Assembly (NCBI GenBank): GCA_964360025.1
Contig: CAYHUD010000002.1
Coordinates: forward strand, 3,602-67,601
Source of the DNA: an uncultured Candidatus Saccharibacteria bacterium
GTDB taxonomy: Bacteria > Patescibacteriota > Minisyncoccia > UBA6257 > JAUSGH01
Length of the DNA: 64,000 nucleotides
Reading direction: 5' to 3'
A program made the translations under genes and the position numbers. Positions 19,354-29,034 of the stretch are shown here, in pieces (the stretch's first letter is position 1; each line of letters opens with the position of its first letter). The notes under the pieces are model-generated. The model was not told the DNA's origin. It did no database searches and saw only the letters and a list, made by a program, of their open reading frames with translations.

Positions 19354-21669
19354 TTATGGGCGGGATTTTTTGTTTTTAAAGTAATCTACGACTTTTTTCC
19401 AAATTACTTCCGTCGGTCCCTCGTGTCCGCGCACGATGATCATACCCTCTCTGTAATATTTGGAGATCAGCTCCGATGTTCCGCCGAATCTTATTTCGTG
19501 TAGAAACCTTGGCTTGGAGGCGCCGATTATGAGCATATCCACATTTTCTTTTTTTGCTTCATACATCACCGCCCGGACGGTTGAACCGGAATTATAGGTT
19601 GAAGTAACGTCAAAATCTTTTTTCTTTAACCCCAAACCCTTAATAGCCAAGGAAAAATCAGGTTTGAGGTAGCTGGGGGTGTGCTTGGCAAGGACGCTGA
19701 ATAAAAAAGTTTTTGTGGTATAGTGTTTTTTAATTGCCGCGATGACGCTTCCTATTAAATCTAAGTAGGGGCTTTTGCCGCCAAGGTCGGTCGCAAACAT
19801 CAGGGAGTTTATCGGTTTGGGATTTTTAACAACCACGATATCGCACCTTGCCTCGCGAAGCAGTCTGTCAATGACCGGCCCGAAGCGCACGCCCTTTTCA
19901 GAGGTGACCCCGCTCCAGTTCAAAATAAGCGCGTCGCATTCTTCCATTTTGATCACATCCAGAAGCACTTCCACCGTATCGCGCCCCACAAGTATCAGTC
20001 CGTGAAAATTGATGTCTTTTACTTCGGGTCCTGTTTTCCTGTTAAATCCGTCGGCTTGCATCTGTAATTCCCCGAACAGAGCCCTCTCTTTATCCAGTTC
20101 GTTATTGGAAAGGACTGATGGATCCAGAGTGAGAACCGGCGGAATCTCGTGAACCCTTACAGCCACGACTTCGCCGTCAAACTCGCTGGCTAAAGCAAAC
20201 GAAAATTCAGCCAAATTCTTTATTTCGTCGGCGTTTAGATTGGGGGAGAGTGGAAGCAGGATGCGTTTTCCGGATTTGGGGCCGATGCGCACGGATCCCT
20301 CGTAAACTATTTTATCCTCAAAACGGGCGCGGCTTTTGGGCGTCGTATATGCGAAATAATTTACAAGTCCCAGAAGTATCCAGAAGGCGGTAAGCAACCA
20401 TGCGTTAAGGTTGACGCGGAGCATGGTGATGGCGAGGACTATATAGAGCGAGGAGGCAATAAGGGGGATCGCGGGAAAAAACGGTATTTTATAAAACCAC
20501 TTAGTGTTGGGCCACTTGTAGTGGATATTGATGCCCGCGAGGTTTAGCTGGAGGAAAAGCAAAACGAAAAGCAGGGAAGCGGCGGCGGCGATATCAAAAA
20601 GCGGGAAGATAATAACCAGCGCGGCTATGAGTATTGTGGAGGCGATGACGGCGATATGCGGCGTTAAATTTTTTGTGTGAATAATGGCAAGATGCGATAA
20701 AATATTTTTATCGCGGGAAAGCGCGAAAGAAACGCGGCTGGAAGAAAATATCGTGGCGTTTAAGGCCGCTAGGTTGGCAAATAAACCGCCGATGATCATC
20801 AGAAATTGTCCCAGCGGCAGAAAATTTTGAGCTACGCTGGCTATTGCGCCCTCGCCGAGGTCGGCGACCGACAGCCAGTTAGTCGTGCCAACGAGAACTA
20901 GGGCGATGAGTATATAGATAGAGCTCACTATCGCCCAGGAGCGTATCAACCCCCGTTTTATGGTATTTTGGGGATCTTTTGTTTCTTCGGCGGCTTGCAC
21001 CTGTATTTCCGATCCTTCAAAAGCAATATAGAAAAAGCTGGCGGCGGCGACTATTCCTAGAATGCCGTTAGGAAGTACTGGGGAGAAATTAGCAATCGTT
21101 TCTGCGCCATTGACGATCATTTTGATTAGTCCGGCGATAATAAAAATACCCAGAAGACCCATTAATGCCCCCGTGATATAATTGCCGGTTTTACCGGTGA
21201 ATTTTACTCCTTTCCAGTTTTGATATCCGAAGAAAATCACCACGATAACCGCGAAAATTTTCCCCTCCACTCCCTGGGCCGACCCCAGATTGAGACCCAT
21301 AAATTTAAAAAACTCATGCGCGTAGTAGCCGAAGCTAAGCGCGTAAAGTCCGGCGGCAACGGCATGTGCGAACCAGCTCATCCATCCGGCTAAAAATCCT
21401 TGAAAATTTCCCAGACCCATCTTAACCCACAGATATCCGCCTCCGGTTTCGGGAAAAGTGGTGCCAAGAGCGATATACATCTGGAGGTTCAGAAACGCGA
21501 CCCCCGCGCCGAGGATCATTGCTAGAAATAGTCCCGGGCCTGCCATCCCCGCCGCGGGGCCAAGAAGCGTAAAAATACCGCCGCCCAAAAGCGCACCGAT
21601 GCCTAATAAAACGATAGACCCGAGACCAAGTGTTCGGGCGAGTGTTACTTCTGTTTGATTGGGATTCAT
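19354..21669 (-). CDS. APC-family amino acid permease with C-terminal universal-stress-protein-like domains
   Basis: GALLGGGIF..G.AA..AGP, GGGY.W, F.G.E....AEE.K.P, SSSRV; C-terminal ILLP...CDIVVVK. Confidence 0.9.
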   Translation of the reverse strand: MNPNQTEVTLARTLGLGSIVLLGIGALLGGGIFTLLGPAAGMAGPGLFLAMILGAGVAFLNLQMYIALGTTFPETGGGYLWVKMGLGNFQGFLAGWMSWFAHAVAAGLYALSFGYYAHEFFKFMGLNLGSAQGVEGKIFAVIVVIFFGYQNWKGVKFTGKTGNYITGALMGLLGIFIIAGLIKMIVNGAETIANFSPVLPNGILGIVAAASFFYIAFEGSEIQVQAAEETKDPQNTIKRGLIRSWAIVSSIYILIALVLVGTTNWLSVADLGEGAIASVAQNFLPLGQFLMIIGGLFANLAALNATIFSSSRVSFALSRDKNILSHLAIIHTKNLTPHIAVIASTILIAALVIIFPLFDIAAAASLLFVLLFLQLNLAGINIHYKWPNTKWFYKIPFFPAIPLIASSLYIVLAITMLRVNLNAWLLTAFWILLGLVNYFAYTTPKSRARFEDKIVYEGSVRIGPKSGKRILLPLSPNLNADEIKNLAEFSFALASEFDGEVVAVRVHEIPPVLTLDPSVLSNNELDKERALFGELQMQADGFNRKTGPEVKDINFHGLILVGRDTVEVLLDVIKMEECDALILNWSGVTSEKGVRFGPVIDRLLREARCDIVVVKNPKPINSLMFATDLGGKSPYLDLIGSVIAAIKKHYTTKTFLFSVLAKHTPSYLKPDFSLAIKGLGLKKKDFDVTSTYNSGSTVRAVMYEAKKENVDMLIIGASKPRFLHEIRFGGTSELISKYYREGMIIVRGHEGPTEVIWKKVVDYFKNKKSRP

Positions 21670-21779
21670 AAATTATCTCCTTTATTTTATCACGTTTTTC
21701 TCTGAAATACATTTGACTTAAAAATCTTTTTGTAGCAATATATTTAGAGTCCTTTGATGGCCTGGTAGAGGAAGTCGGC

Positions 21780-22253
21780 ATGAAAAAGAACATGAAGGTT
21801 TGGGAGTTTGCGTTGCTATTAAACGTGTGCGCTGTAGGCGCTGTGCTATATTCCTTCTTAGGCATTTTTTTATTGCGACTAGGTTCTTCTCTGGACGTAT
21901 CGGATGGACGCTTGGCGTTAGTTTGTATTACTATTGGTTTGGTTAGTAGTGGCGCCGCGGTTGTTGCTGTGGGGTATTTTGCAAAGTATTTAGATTACAC
22001 GGCGCCGTATTGCCCGGCGGCGAGATGGATAAAGGCGCCGCTTGGAGAAGTTAAGGAACAGTCCTATGACCCCTACCGCGAGGAATATCTGAGGCGGTTG
22101 ATTAGCGAAAAAGAGCGCTTGTCTCCGGTCGCCCCGCGCCTGGCGGCTATCGAGCCGATTTTGCAAGAACTGCACGACGCCATAGAAACGCGATTGCTCG
22201 CGGGACGCGTCTGCGCTCGTGACGCCCGACGATTGAAAAAAATCAGCCAGTAA
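21780..22253 (+). CDS. Hypothetical membrane protein
   Basis: Two TM helices; promoter TTGACT-17-CAATAT, GTCCTTTGA motif and GAGG upstream; hairpin plus T-tract downstream. Confidence 0.6.
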   Translation: MKKNMKVWEFALLLNVCAVGAVLYSFLGIFLLRLGSSLDVSDGRLALVCITIGLVSSGAAVVAVGYFAKYLDYTAPYCPAARWIKAPLGEVKEQSYDPYREEYLRRLISEKERLSPVAPRLAAIEPILQELHDAIETRLLAGRVCARDARRLKKISQ

Positions 22254-22338
22254 ATAGGTATTCGTCATCATCGCGCCGCCTCAAGCATGGGGCGGTTTTC
22301 TTTTCAATTAACAAAAAACCTGTTAAAATATTGAGCAC

Positions 22339-24135
22339 ATGGAAAATGTCAGAAATTTCGTAATTATTGCTCACATTGACCACGGCAAGTCCACGCTTGC
22401 TGACCGGCTTCTTGAGGTTACAGGCACGGTGCCGATGCGCTCTATGCAGCCACAGTATTTAGATCAGCTGGAGTCTGAGCGCGAGCGAGGAATCACTATT
22501 AAAATGGCGCCGGTTCGTATGTCTTATACCCTAGGCGCTATACCCTACATCCTCAACCTCATTGATACTCCGGGGCATTCCGATTTCGGTTATGAGGTAT
22601 CTCGCGCTCTTTTAGCCGTGGAGGGCGCTATTTTACTCGTAGACGCGACTCAAGGCATTCAGGCGCAGACGCTTGCTAATTTTGAACAGGCAAAAAAGTC
22701 CGGACTTAAAATAATCGGCGCTATTAATAAAGTGGATGTGGCGCAGGAAGAGTTTATCGCGCAGTCGCTTAAAGAATTGTCCGAGCTTTTAGAAATCCCG
22801 GAGACGGATATTTTAAAAGTTTCCGGTAAAACAGGGCTGGGCGTGTCCGAGCTTTTAGCGAAAGTTATCAAAGAAATCCCGCCGCCAAAGAAAATAGCGG
22901 GCAATCATTTATCGCGAGCGTTGATTTTTGACTCTATGTACGATGAACATAAAGGTATTATTGCCGCCGTGCGTGTTTTTAACGGCAATTTTAAAATGTT
23001 GGGTAAAGATGACGCGCCATATGCGCTTTTAGCAACCAGGGAAAATTTCAAACCCAAAGATCTCGGATTTTTTTCTCCCAAGCTTAAAAGCTCAGCCGGT
23101 CTTAGCGAGGGCGAGATTGGGTATATCGCGACCGGCCTCAAAGATCCCGATAAATTAAAAATCGGCGATACCATCGCCGAAAATTTCTCGGCGGAAATTT
23201 TGCCGGGATTTAAGGAACCCAAGCCTGTTGTTTTCGTTTCGTTTTATCCGGCGGAAAGCGATGATTATGAAAATTTAAAAAGCGCTTTTGGCAGGCTGCG
23301 TCTTAATGATTCAGCGATTCAAATAGAACCGGATGCGAGTGAGGTTTTGGGGCGGGGATTCAAGGGGGGGTTTTTGGGGCGCCTGCATTTTGAAATAGCA
23401 GCGGAGCGTCTTTCCAAGGAGTTCCACGTGGAAACAGTCCATAGCTTTCCCTCTGTTGCTTATCGCGTGCAGACGGGTAAAGGTTGGGAAATTGTTAAAA
23501 ATCCTAAAGACTTTCCTACGGAAAATCTTGGAGTGGAGGAGCCGATTGCTAAAGTGGAAATTTTGGCGCCCGTGGAATATCTGGGCGCGATTTTACAGCT
23601 TGCCCAAAGTTTTCGTTTCCGCGGCATTGAAACAAAAAACTTCGGCAGCCGTATTATCGTATCTTCGCGTCTGCCGCTTGCTGATTTGATCCGCGACTTG
23701 GACGATCAGCTGAAGTCGGGCACGCAGGGGTTTGCTTCACTCGGTTACGAAATTATGGGCTATGAAAGTGCCGATGTTAAAAAGGTGGAGATTATGGTCG
23801 CGGGGCATGTTATTCCGGGGTTGACGCGCATTATTCCGACTAGTGACGTGGAGCGCGAATCGCGAGTGATGGTCGCGCGGCTGAAAGATCTTTTACCCAA
23901 AGAACAATTCTCTCAAGCCATTCAGGCATTGGTGGGCGGACGCATTATCGCCCGCGAAACCATTCCCGCTATGCGCAAGCTTCTGGGAGTGTTCGGGAAA
24001 ACCGGCGGTGACCGCACCCGCAAAATGAAATTATGGAAAAAGCAGAAAAAAGGCAAAGAAAAATTAAAAGAAATGGCGGAAAAAAGTCAGATTAAAATCC
24101 CGGCGCATATTTTTAAGGATTTATTGAAGAAATAG
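22339..24135 (+). CDS. lepA: Elongation factor 4 (LepA)
   Basis: IIAHIDHGKSTLADRL, ERERGITIK, DTPGH, NKVD, GFLG.LH.EI, GGD.TRK. Confidence 0.97.
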   Translation: MENVRNFVIIAHIDHGKSTLADRLLEVTGTVPMRSMQPQYLDQLESERERGITIKMAPVRMSYTLGAIPYILNLIDTPGHSDFGYEVSRALLAVEGAILLVDATQGIQAQTLANFEQAKKSGLKIIGAINKVDVAQEEFIAQSLKELSELLEIPETDILKVSGKTGLGVSELLAKVIKEIPPPKKIAGNHLSRALIFDSMYDEHKGIIAAVRVFNGNFKMLGKDDAPYALLATRENFKPKDLGFFSPKLKSSAGLSEGEIGYIATGLKDPDKLKIGDTIAENFSAEILPGFKEPKPVVFVSFYPAESDDYENLKSAFGRLRLNDSAIQIEPDASEVLGRGFKGGFLGRLHFEIAAERLSKEFHVETVHSFPSVAYRVQTGKGWEIVKNPKDFPTENLGVEEPIAKVEILAPVEYLGAILQLAQSFRFRGIETKNFGSRIIVSSRLPLADLIRDLDDQLKSGTQGFASLGYEIMGYESADVKKVEIMVAGHVIPGLTRIIPTSDVERESRVMVARLKDLLPKEQFSQAIQALVGGRIIARETIPAMRKLLGVFGKTGGDRTRKMKLWKKQKKGKEKLKEMAEKSQIKIPAHIFKDLLKK

Positions 24136-24182
24136 CTTCAAAGTTAAGCGGAAATCGTGTTAAGACGTATAAAATTCTATGT

Positions 24183-24327
24183 AGCAGAACAGCGAATAAG
24201 TTCATAGCGCGGCCCGAGGAGCGAGCGGGCACGGTTTCCGAGTCTTCGAGGAAGAGCGAGCGACGAAAGCCAGCGAAAATCCTCGCTGGGGATTTGAGCG
24301 GTAGCGAGAACTTTTTGCTGTCCTGCT
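24183..24327. repeat. Intergenic imperfect inverted-repeat element (REP/MITE-like)
   Basis: AGCAGAACAGCGAATAAGTTC pairs with GAACTTTTTGCTGTCCTGCT; GC-rich core with repeated GAGCGAGCG. Confidence 0.55.
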
Positions 24328-24392
24328 GAGTCTTATTTTTTCGCTTAGGTTTATTTACTAGCAACTGTTTGTGGGCAGTGTATAATTGAAAT

Positions 24393-24659
24393 ATGAAGTT
24401 TTTGATTGCGCTTGGCGCCACGGCCATATTTTTTGCCACCGCTATCCAGTTATATAAATTGGAGATAAAAAAAGTTGCCCTAAACAAGGAATATCAAAAA
24501 ATTATCGCGGATAACGGCGCCCTGATCCAAGAAAACTCCGATTTGAAAAAGGAAATTGAGTATCTGGGAGACACGGAAAATTTGGCGCGAGAGGCGCGGT
24601 CGCAGTTTAATTATGCGAAACCGAACGAGAAATTAATTGTAGTTGTGCCCAAAGAATAA
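24393..24659 (+). CDS. Septum formation initiator (FtsB/DivIC family)
   Basis: TM plus coiled coil plus E.AR.QFNYAKPNE.LIVV. Confidence 0.85.
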   Translation: MKFLIALGATAIFFATAIQLYKLEIKKVALNKEYQKIIADNGALIQENSDLKKEIEYLGDTENLAREARSQFNYAKPNEKLIVVVPKE

Positions 24660-24665
24660 ACAACC

Positions 24666-25211
24666 ATGCACAGACATCATTTTTATTTCGGACTGGTTTT
24701 CTTGGTATTTTGCGGAGTTGCGGTATTTTCCGTTACCGAGGGCGGTCTTTATCCTGTGGCGGTTGTGAATGGCGGGTTCATCATGGCGCGAGATTTTGAT
24801 AAAATGGCGCAGTCGGCGGAGTTTTTCTATTCCCGCGCGCTGGATACTTACAACAAAGGGAAGGTTGAAGGTGAACAGTCGGAAAATTTGCGCCGTGAGG
24901 TGGAGAAGGCGACGTTAGATAAGCTTATTGAAAGGAAGTTAATCGCGGTGGAATTAAAAAGCCGTTTAGCGGAGAGAGCGGAAGTATCTGTTGACAAAAA
25001 GCTGCTTACGGTGGAAAATCAGAACCTTGAAGGAGCCGCGCGTGATTTATATGGATTAAGCATCGCCGATTTCAGAGAGATGGTTTTAAGGCCGGAGGCG
25101 GAGCGGGAAGTATTAAGAGATATTTTTAGGTCCGAAAACGTCAGTTTTGAATCTTGGTTGGAGGCGGCAAAATCGGGAGCGAGTACTATCGTTCTTCTGC
25201 GTGGCATTTAA
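24666..25211 (+). CDS. SurA N-terminal domain-containing protein
   Basis: N-terminal TM, PVAVVNG..I, LDKLIE..LI, YGLS..DF, WLE. Confidence 0.7.
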   Translation: MHRHHFYFGLVFLVFCGVAVFSVTEGGLYPVAVVNGGFIMARDFDKMAQSAEFFYSRALDTYNKGKVEGEQSENLRREVEKATLDKLIERKLIAVELKSRLAERAEVSVDKKLLTVENQNLEGAARDLYGLSIADFREMVLRPEAEREVLRDIFRSENVSFESWLEAAKSGASTIVLLRGI

Positions 25212-25217
25212 TAATTT

Positions 25218-25288
25218 GCGGGTATCGTATAATGGCAGTATGTAACCTTCCCAAGGTTAAGGCACGGGTTCGATTCCCGTTACCCGCT
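25218..25288 (+). tRNA. tRNA-Gly(CCC)
   Basis: Acceptor GCGGGTA/TACCCGC; anticodon arm TAACC-TTCCCAA-GGTTA; T-loop GGTTCGATTCC. Confidence 0.95.
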
Positions 25289-25309
25289 CTAAATGATAGA
25301 ATTCTTATC

Positions 25310-25738
25310 ATGGAAATAGGTTTTGTTTATGCGATAAGCGCGGCAGTTATTTGGGGAGTGCTTTACGCGATCAGCGAAAAGGTTCTTCATAGCACTACTC
25401 CGATGACAATTTTATTTATTAATTCCATCATCACCGTACTCATTATGTCGGTGCTGACGTTTTTTGGCCTCACTTCTTTTAAAGAAGTGTTTTCTTCGAG
25501 TAGGGCTAATTTATTATTAATTTTTATCGCAGCTATTCTCGTGGTTCTTGCTAATTTTTTAATCTTAGCCAGCATTAAAAGCTTAAACGCATCCATGGCA
25601 TCAATTATTGAGATATCTTACCCGATTTTTGTTGTACTGTTCAGTTATATTTTTTTTCGCGCGGTGCCGAATGTTTATTTTTTCATCGGCGCCCTTTTAA
25701 TTTTTATCGGCTCGTTTGTCATAATTAAATTTGCATAA
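25310..25738 (+). CDS. EamA/DMT-family transporter (single EamA domain)
   Basis: A.SAA.IWG, ISYPIFVVLFS..F; about 5 TM helices; start moved to ATG 25310 downstream of the tRNA. Confidence 0.85.
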   Translation: MEIGFVYAISAAVIWGVLYAISEKVLHSTTPMTILFINSIITVLIMSVLTFFGLTSFKEVFSSSRANLLLIFIAAILVVLANFLILASIKSLNASMASIIEISYPIFVVLFSYIFFRAVPNVYFFIGALLIFIGSFVIIKFA

Positions 25739-25748
25739 GATTTATAAA

Positions 25749-26441
25749 ATGGCTCACAGGGAATATCACGCGACTTTAGGTGTTTATATTAAAGACTTTA
25801 TTTACGGCGCGAATGACGGAATTATTACGACGTTTGCTATTGTGACTGGCGCTTCCGGAGCGGGATTTTCACCGCTCGTTGTTATAGTTTTAGGATTCGC
25901 CAACTTGTTTGCCGATGGATTTTCCATGGCGGCCAGCAATTATCTGGGTAGCAGCTCCGAAGCCGCTCTTTTTCGCGAAGAAGAAAAACGCGAAATCAGG
26001 GAAGTGGAAGAAAAGCCGGATGTGGAGCGGGAAGAGGTGAGGGAAATATTAACCAGGCAGGGATTTGATCCGGCAACCGCGACAAAAATGACGGAAACGA
26101 TCGCCTCCAACAAGAATTTTTGGGTTGATTTTATGATGAGGTATGAAGTAGAAATGCTTCCGGGGGAATCCAGCATCAAATCGGCCGTTATTACTTTTTG
26201 CGCCTTCGTAGTTATTGGAAGTTTGCCGCTTCTGCCCTTTATCATCCTTTCCGCGAATGGCATTACTATTTTTTACTCGGTTATTTCGACAGGCGTCGCG
26301 CTTTTTGTGACCGGAGCCTTGCGTTCTATTTTTACCAAAAAGCATTGGTTCATCTCAGGGTTGGAAATGTTTTTTATTGGGGGTGTGGCGGCGGCAGTGT
26401 CGTATTTTGTGGGTTATGGGCTTAAACTTTTGGTCGGTTAG
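25749..26441 (+). CDS. VIT1/CCC1 family iron/manganese transporter
   Basis: IYGANDGIITTFA, GFANLFADGFSMA.SNYL, PLLPF. Confidence 0.93.
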   Translation: MAHREYHATLGVYIKDFIYGANDGIITTFAIVTGASGAGFSPLVVIVLGFANLFADGFSMAASNYLGSSSEAALFREEEKREIREVEEKPDVEREEVREILTRQGFDPATATKMTETIASNKNFWVDFMMRYEVEMLPGESSIKSAVITFCAFVVIGSLPLLPFIILSANGITIFYSVISTGVALFVTGALRSIFTKKHWFISGLEMFFIGGVAAAVSYFVGYGLKLLVG

Positions 26442-26528
26442 AGTAGTGGATTTTACAAGGTTTTTATGATAAAATAACTTAAGGTTATGTAATAAATAAG
26501 GTAGGTTTTTGAAGATGTGGAAAAGTAT

Positions 26529-26600
26529 GCCGGAGTAGCTCAGTGGCAGAGCGGCTGTTTCGTAAACAGCAGGTCGCGAGTTCGATCCTCGCCTCCGGCT
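26529..26600 (+). tRNA. tRNA-Thr(CGT)
   Basis: Acceptor GCCGGAG/CTCCGGC; anticodon arm GCTGT-TTCGTAA-ACAGC; GTTCGATC T-loop. Confidence 0.95.
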
Positions 26601-26665
26601 CAAAATTTGTTTCTCAAATTTTGCCCCGCCGAAGTTCCACTAAATGTGGGACGAAGGCGCGGGCT
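26601..26665. repeat. Two hairpins directly downstream of tRNA-Thr (palindromic repeat or terminator)
   Basis: CAAAATTTG-TTTCT-CAAATTTTG, then CCCGCC..TTCCAC..GTGGGA..GGCGCGGG. Confidence 0.5.
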
Positions 26666-26670
26666 ACAAT

Positions 26671-27408
26671 ATGGAAAATCACCCCCTAAAACCCCTAACA
26701 GGGAAATACGATAAATTAAACGCCCATCTTACGGTTTATGCCGGCGTGGGCGGTGATGACGCTAAAGATTGGGCGAATATGCTTTTTAGAATGTATTCCA
26801 AGTACGCCGAACGTCGCGGCTGGCGCGCCGTTCAGACGGGGGATCGGGCTATGGAAATAAAGGGTGAGTTTGTTTATGGCACTTTACACAGGGAACAGGG
26901 CGTTCATCGTCTGGTGCGCATTTCTCCCTTTTCTTCCAAACAGATGCGCCACACCTCGTTTGCGCTTGTGGAAATAGTTCCCGATCTGCCGGAGGTGGAA
27001 CATAAAAATTTTATTATTCCTCCGGCGGACATCAAACTGGAAACGACCCGTTCCAGCGGTCCCGGCGGACAAAATGTCAACAAAAGAGAAACGGCTGTGA
27101 GAGTGGTGCATTTGCCGACGGGCATCGCAGCTGAATCGCAGGCGGAAAGAAACCAGGAGATGAACCGCGATAAAGCGATGAAAATTTTAAAAGCCAAGCT
27201 TATTAAAATCCTGGAGGAAAGGCACGAGCGCGAACTAGGCGCGCTTCGCACTCAAGTCAAGCCGGAGTGGGGGAACCAGTTGAGAAGCTACGTTCTGCAC
27301 CCCTATCATCTGGTTAAAGATCATAGAACTAAAACGGAAAGCTCCCAACCGGAAAAAGTTTTAGACGGAGATTTAGATAAATTTATTGAAGCCGAATTAG
27401 AGCTCTAA
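26671..27408 (+). CDS. prfB: Peptide chain release factor 2-like protein lacking N-terminal domain 1
   Basis: [56 protein letters not shown]; only about 245 aa. Confidence 0.85.
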   Translation: MENHPLKPLTGKYDKLNAHLTVYAGVGGDDAKDWANMLFRMYSKYAERRGWRAVQTGDRAMEIKGEFVYGTLHREQGVHRLVRISPFSSKQMRHTSFALVEIVPDLPEVEHKNFIIPPADIKLETTRSSGPGGQNVNKRETAVRVVHLPTGIAAESQAERNQEMNRDKAMKILKAKLIKILEERHERELGALRTQVKPEWGNQLRSYVLHPYHLVKDHRTKTESSQPEKVLDGDLDKFIEAELEL

Positions 27409-27435
27409 TCAAACTAGTATGTTAAAATAATAGGT

Positions 27436-28116
27436 ATGATTGCTTTTCAAAATGTTTCAAAAGATTATGGCGTGGACTCGGCGGCCCTGACAGACGTCAC
27501 TTTTAAGATAGACGATAACGAGTTTGTTTCTCTGGTCGGCCGTTCCGGGTCCGGCAAGTCAACCATCGTCAAGCTTTTAATTGGCGAGGAAAAGCCGACA
27601 AAAGGCAGGATTATTCTTGGCAGTAAGGAGGTTAATAAGCTGCGCATGAACGAGCTTCCTTTTTTACGGCGCCAGATCGGTACCGTTTTCCAGGATTTTA
27701 GATTATTGCCCACAAAAACCGCTTATGAAAATGTGGCTTTTGCCGCTGAAGTCGCCGGTTTAAAACAGGAAGATATTGACGATTTGACGCCTAAAGTTTT
27801 AGACATCGTGGGACTGGGGGAAAAAATCAAGCGTTTTCCCCACGAGCTTTCGGGTGGAGAGAAACAGCGTGTGGCCATCGCGCGCGCGCTTATCCATAGG
27901 CCGTCAGTTATCATCGCCGACGAGCCGACCGGCAACCTTGACCCTATTAACGAGCATGAAATCATCAACCTGCTTTTAAAGATTAACGAGCTGGGTACAG
28001 CTGTCATCCTCGCTACCCACAGCAAGGATATTATTGATAAACTGCAGAAGAGGGTTATTTCTCTTGATAACGGACGCGTTATTCGCGATGAAAAAATAGG
28101 AAAATATATTATATGA
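27436..28116 (+). CDS. ftsE: Cell division ATP-binding protein FtsE
   Basis: GRSGSGKST, LRRQIG.VFQDFRLL, LSGGEKQRV, ADEPTGNLD; overlaps ftsX. Confidence 0.95.
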   Translation: MIAFQNVSKDYGVDSAALTDVTFKIDDNEFVSLVGRSGSGKSTIVKLLIGEEKPTKGRIILGSKEVNKLRMNELPFLRRQIGTVFQDFRLLPTKTAYENVAFAAEVAGLKQEDIDDLTPKVLDIVGLGEKIKRFPHELSGGEKQRVAIARALIHRPSVIIADEPTGNLDPINEHEIINLLLKINELGTAVILATHSKDIIDKLQKRVISLDNGRVIRDEKIGKYII

Positions 28117-29021
28117 TCACGACACTTTTTAGAATTATTAAATATGGGTTTCAGGGATTCTGGCGCAACGGCCTGCTTTCGGTTGCGACCATTGTGGTTA
28201 TGGTTCTGACGTTGATTGTTTTTGAGAGTTTAGTTTTGTTTAGTGTGGTTACAAATACCGCCATCACTTCTCTGCAGGATAAAATTGATATTAGCGCTTA
28301 TTTTAAAACTACCGCTCCCGAAGACGAGATTATTAAAATAGAACGTTCGTTAAAAGCGCTTGCCGAAGTGAAAAGCGTGGAATATCTTTCCCGCGATAAG
28401 GCGCTTGAGATTTTTGAGGAGCGGCATAAAGACGACCCCACTATTTCCAAAGCTCTTGCGGAGCTGGGCGATAACCCGCTTTCCGCGTCTTTGAACGTTA
28501 AAGCCAAAGACCCCAAAGAATACGGAGTCATCGCCGCTTATTTAGAAAACGATCAGTTCAAGTCAATTATTGATAAAGTAACTTTCAGTCAGAATCAGTT
28601 GGCAATAGAAAGGATGATTAAAATTGCGGATACGGCTAATTTAGTCGGCATTGTCGTTACGATTGCGCTCGCCCTTCTTGCTCTGATCGTTACTTTTAAT
28701 ACAGTTCGACTGGCGATATATTCCAATCGTGAAGAGATCGGCGTCAAGCGTCTGGTGGGGGCCTCCAACTCATATATCCGCGGGCCGTATCTTGTGGAAG
28801 GTGTTTTGTATGGATCCGTCGCGGCAGCTATGGTTTTTGCCGTGGGCATCCCCATGCTTCATCTCGTAAATCCCTACGCCGCGGTTTTTATTCCGGAGAT
28901 GAACCTTCTTGCCTATTTTTATGGTAACTTTTTTGGTCTTTTCGGATATACATTGCTTTTGGGTATTGCTTTGGGTACGATATCATCTAGTATAGCGATA
29001 ACTCGTTATTTGAAAGTCTAG
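28113..29021 (+). CDS. ftsX: Cell division permease FtsX
   Basis: RNGLLSVAT, NPL.AS, NTVRLAIYS.REEI...LVGA...IR.P...EG. Confidence 0.95.
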   Translation: MITTLFRIIKYGFQGFWRNGLLSVATIVVMVLTLIVFESLVLFSVVTNTAITSLQDKIDISAYFKTTAPEDEIIKIERSLKALAEVKSVEYLSRDKALEIFEERHKDDPTISKALAELGDNPLSASLNVKAKDPKEYGVIAAYLENDQFKSIIDKVTFSQNQLAIERMIKIADTANLVGIVVTIALALLALIVTFNTVRLAIYSNREEIGVKRLVGASNSYIRGPYLVEGVLYGSVAAAMVFAVGIPMLHLVNPYAAVFIPEMNLLAYFYGNFFGLFGYTLLLGIALGTISSSIAITRYLKV

Positions 29022-29034
29022 AGAGGGGGCGATA

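Noticed and set aside
24113-24487. 124-aa minus-strand ORF
   Set aside because: Spans the inverted-repeat element and is antisense to the ftsB-like gene
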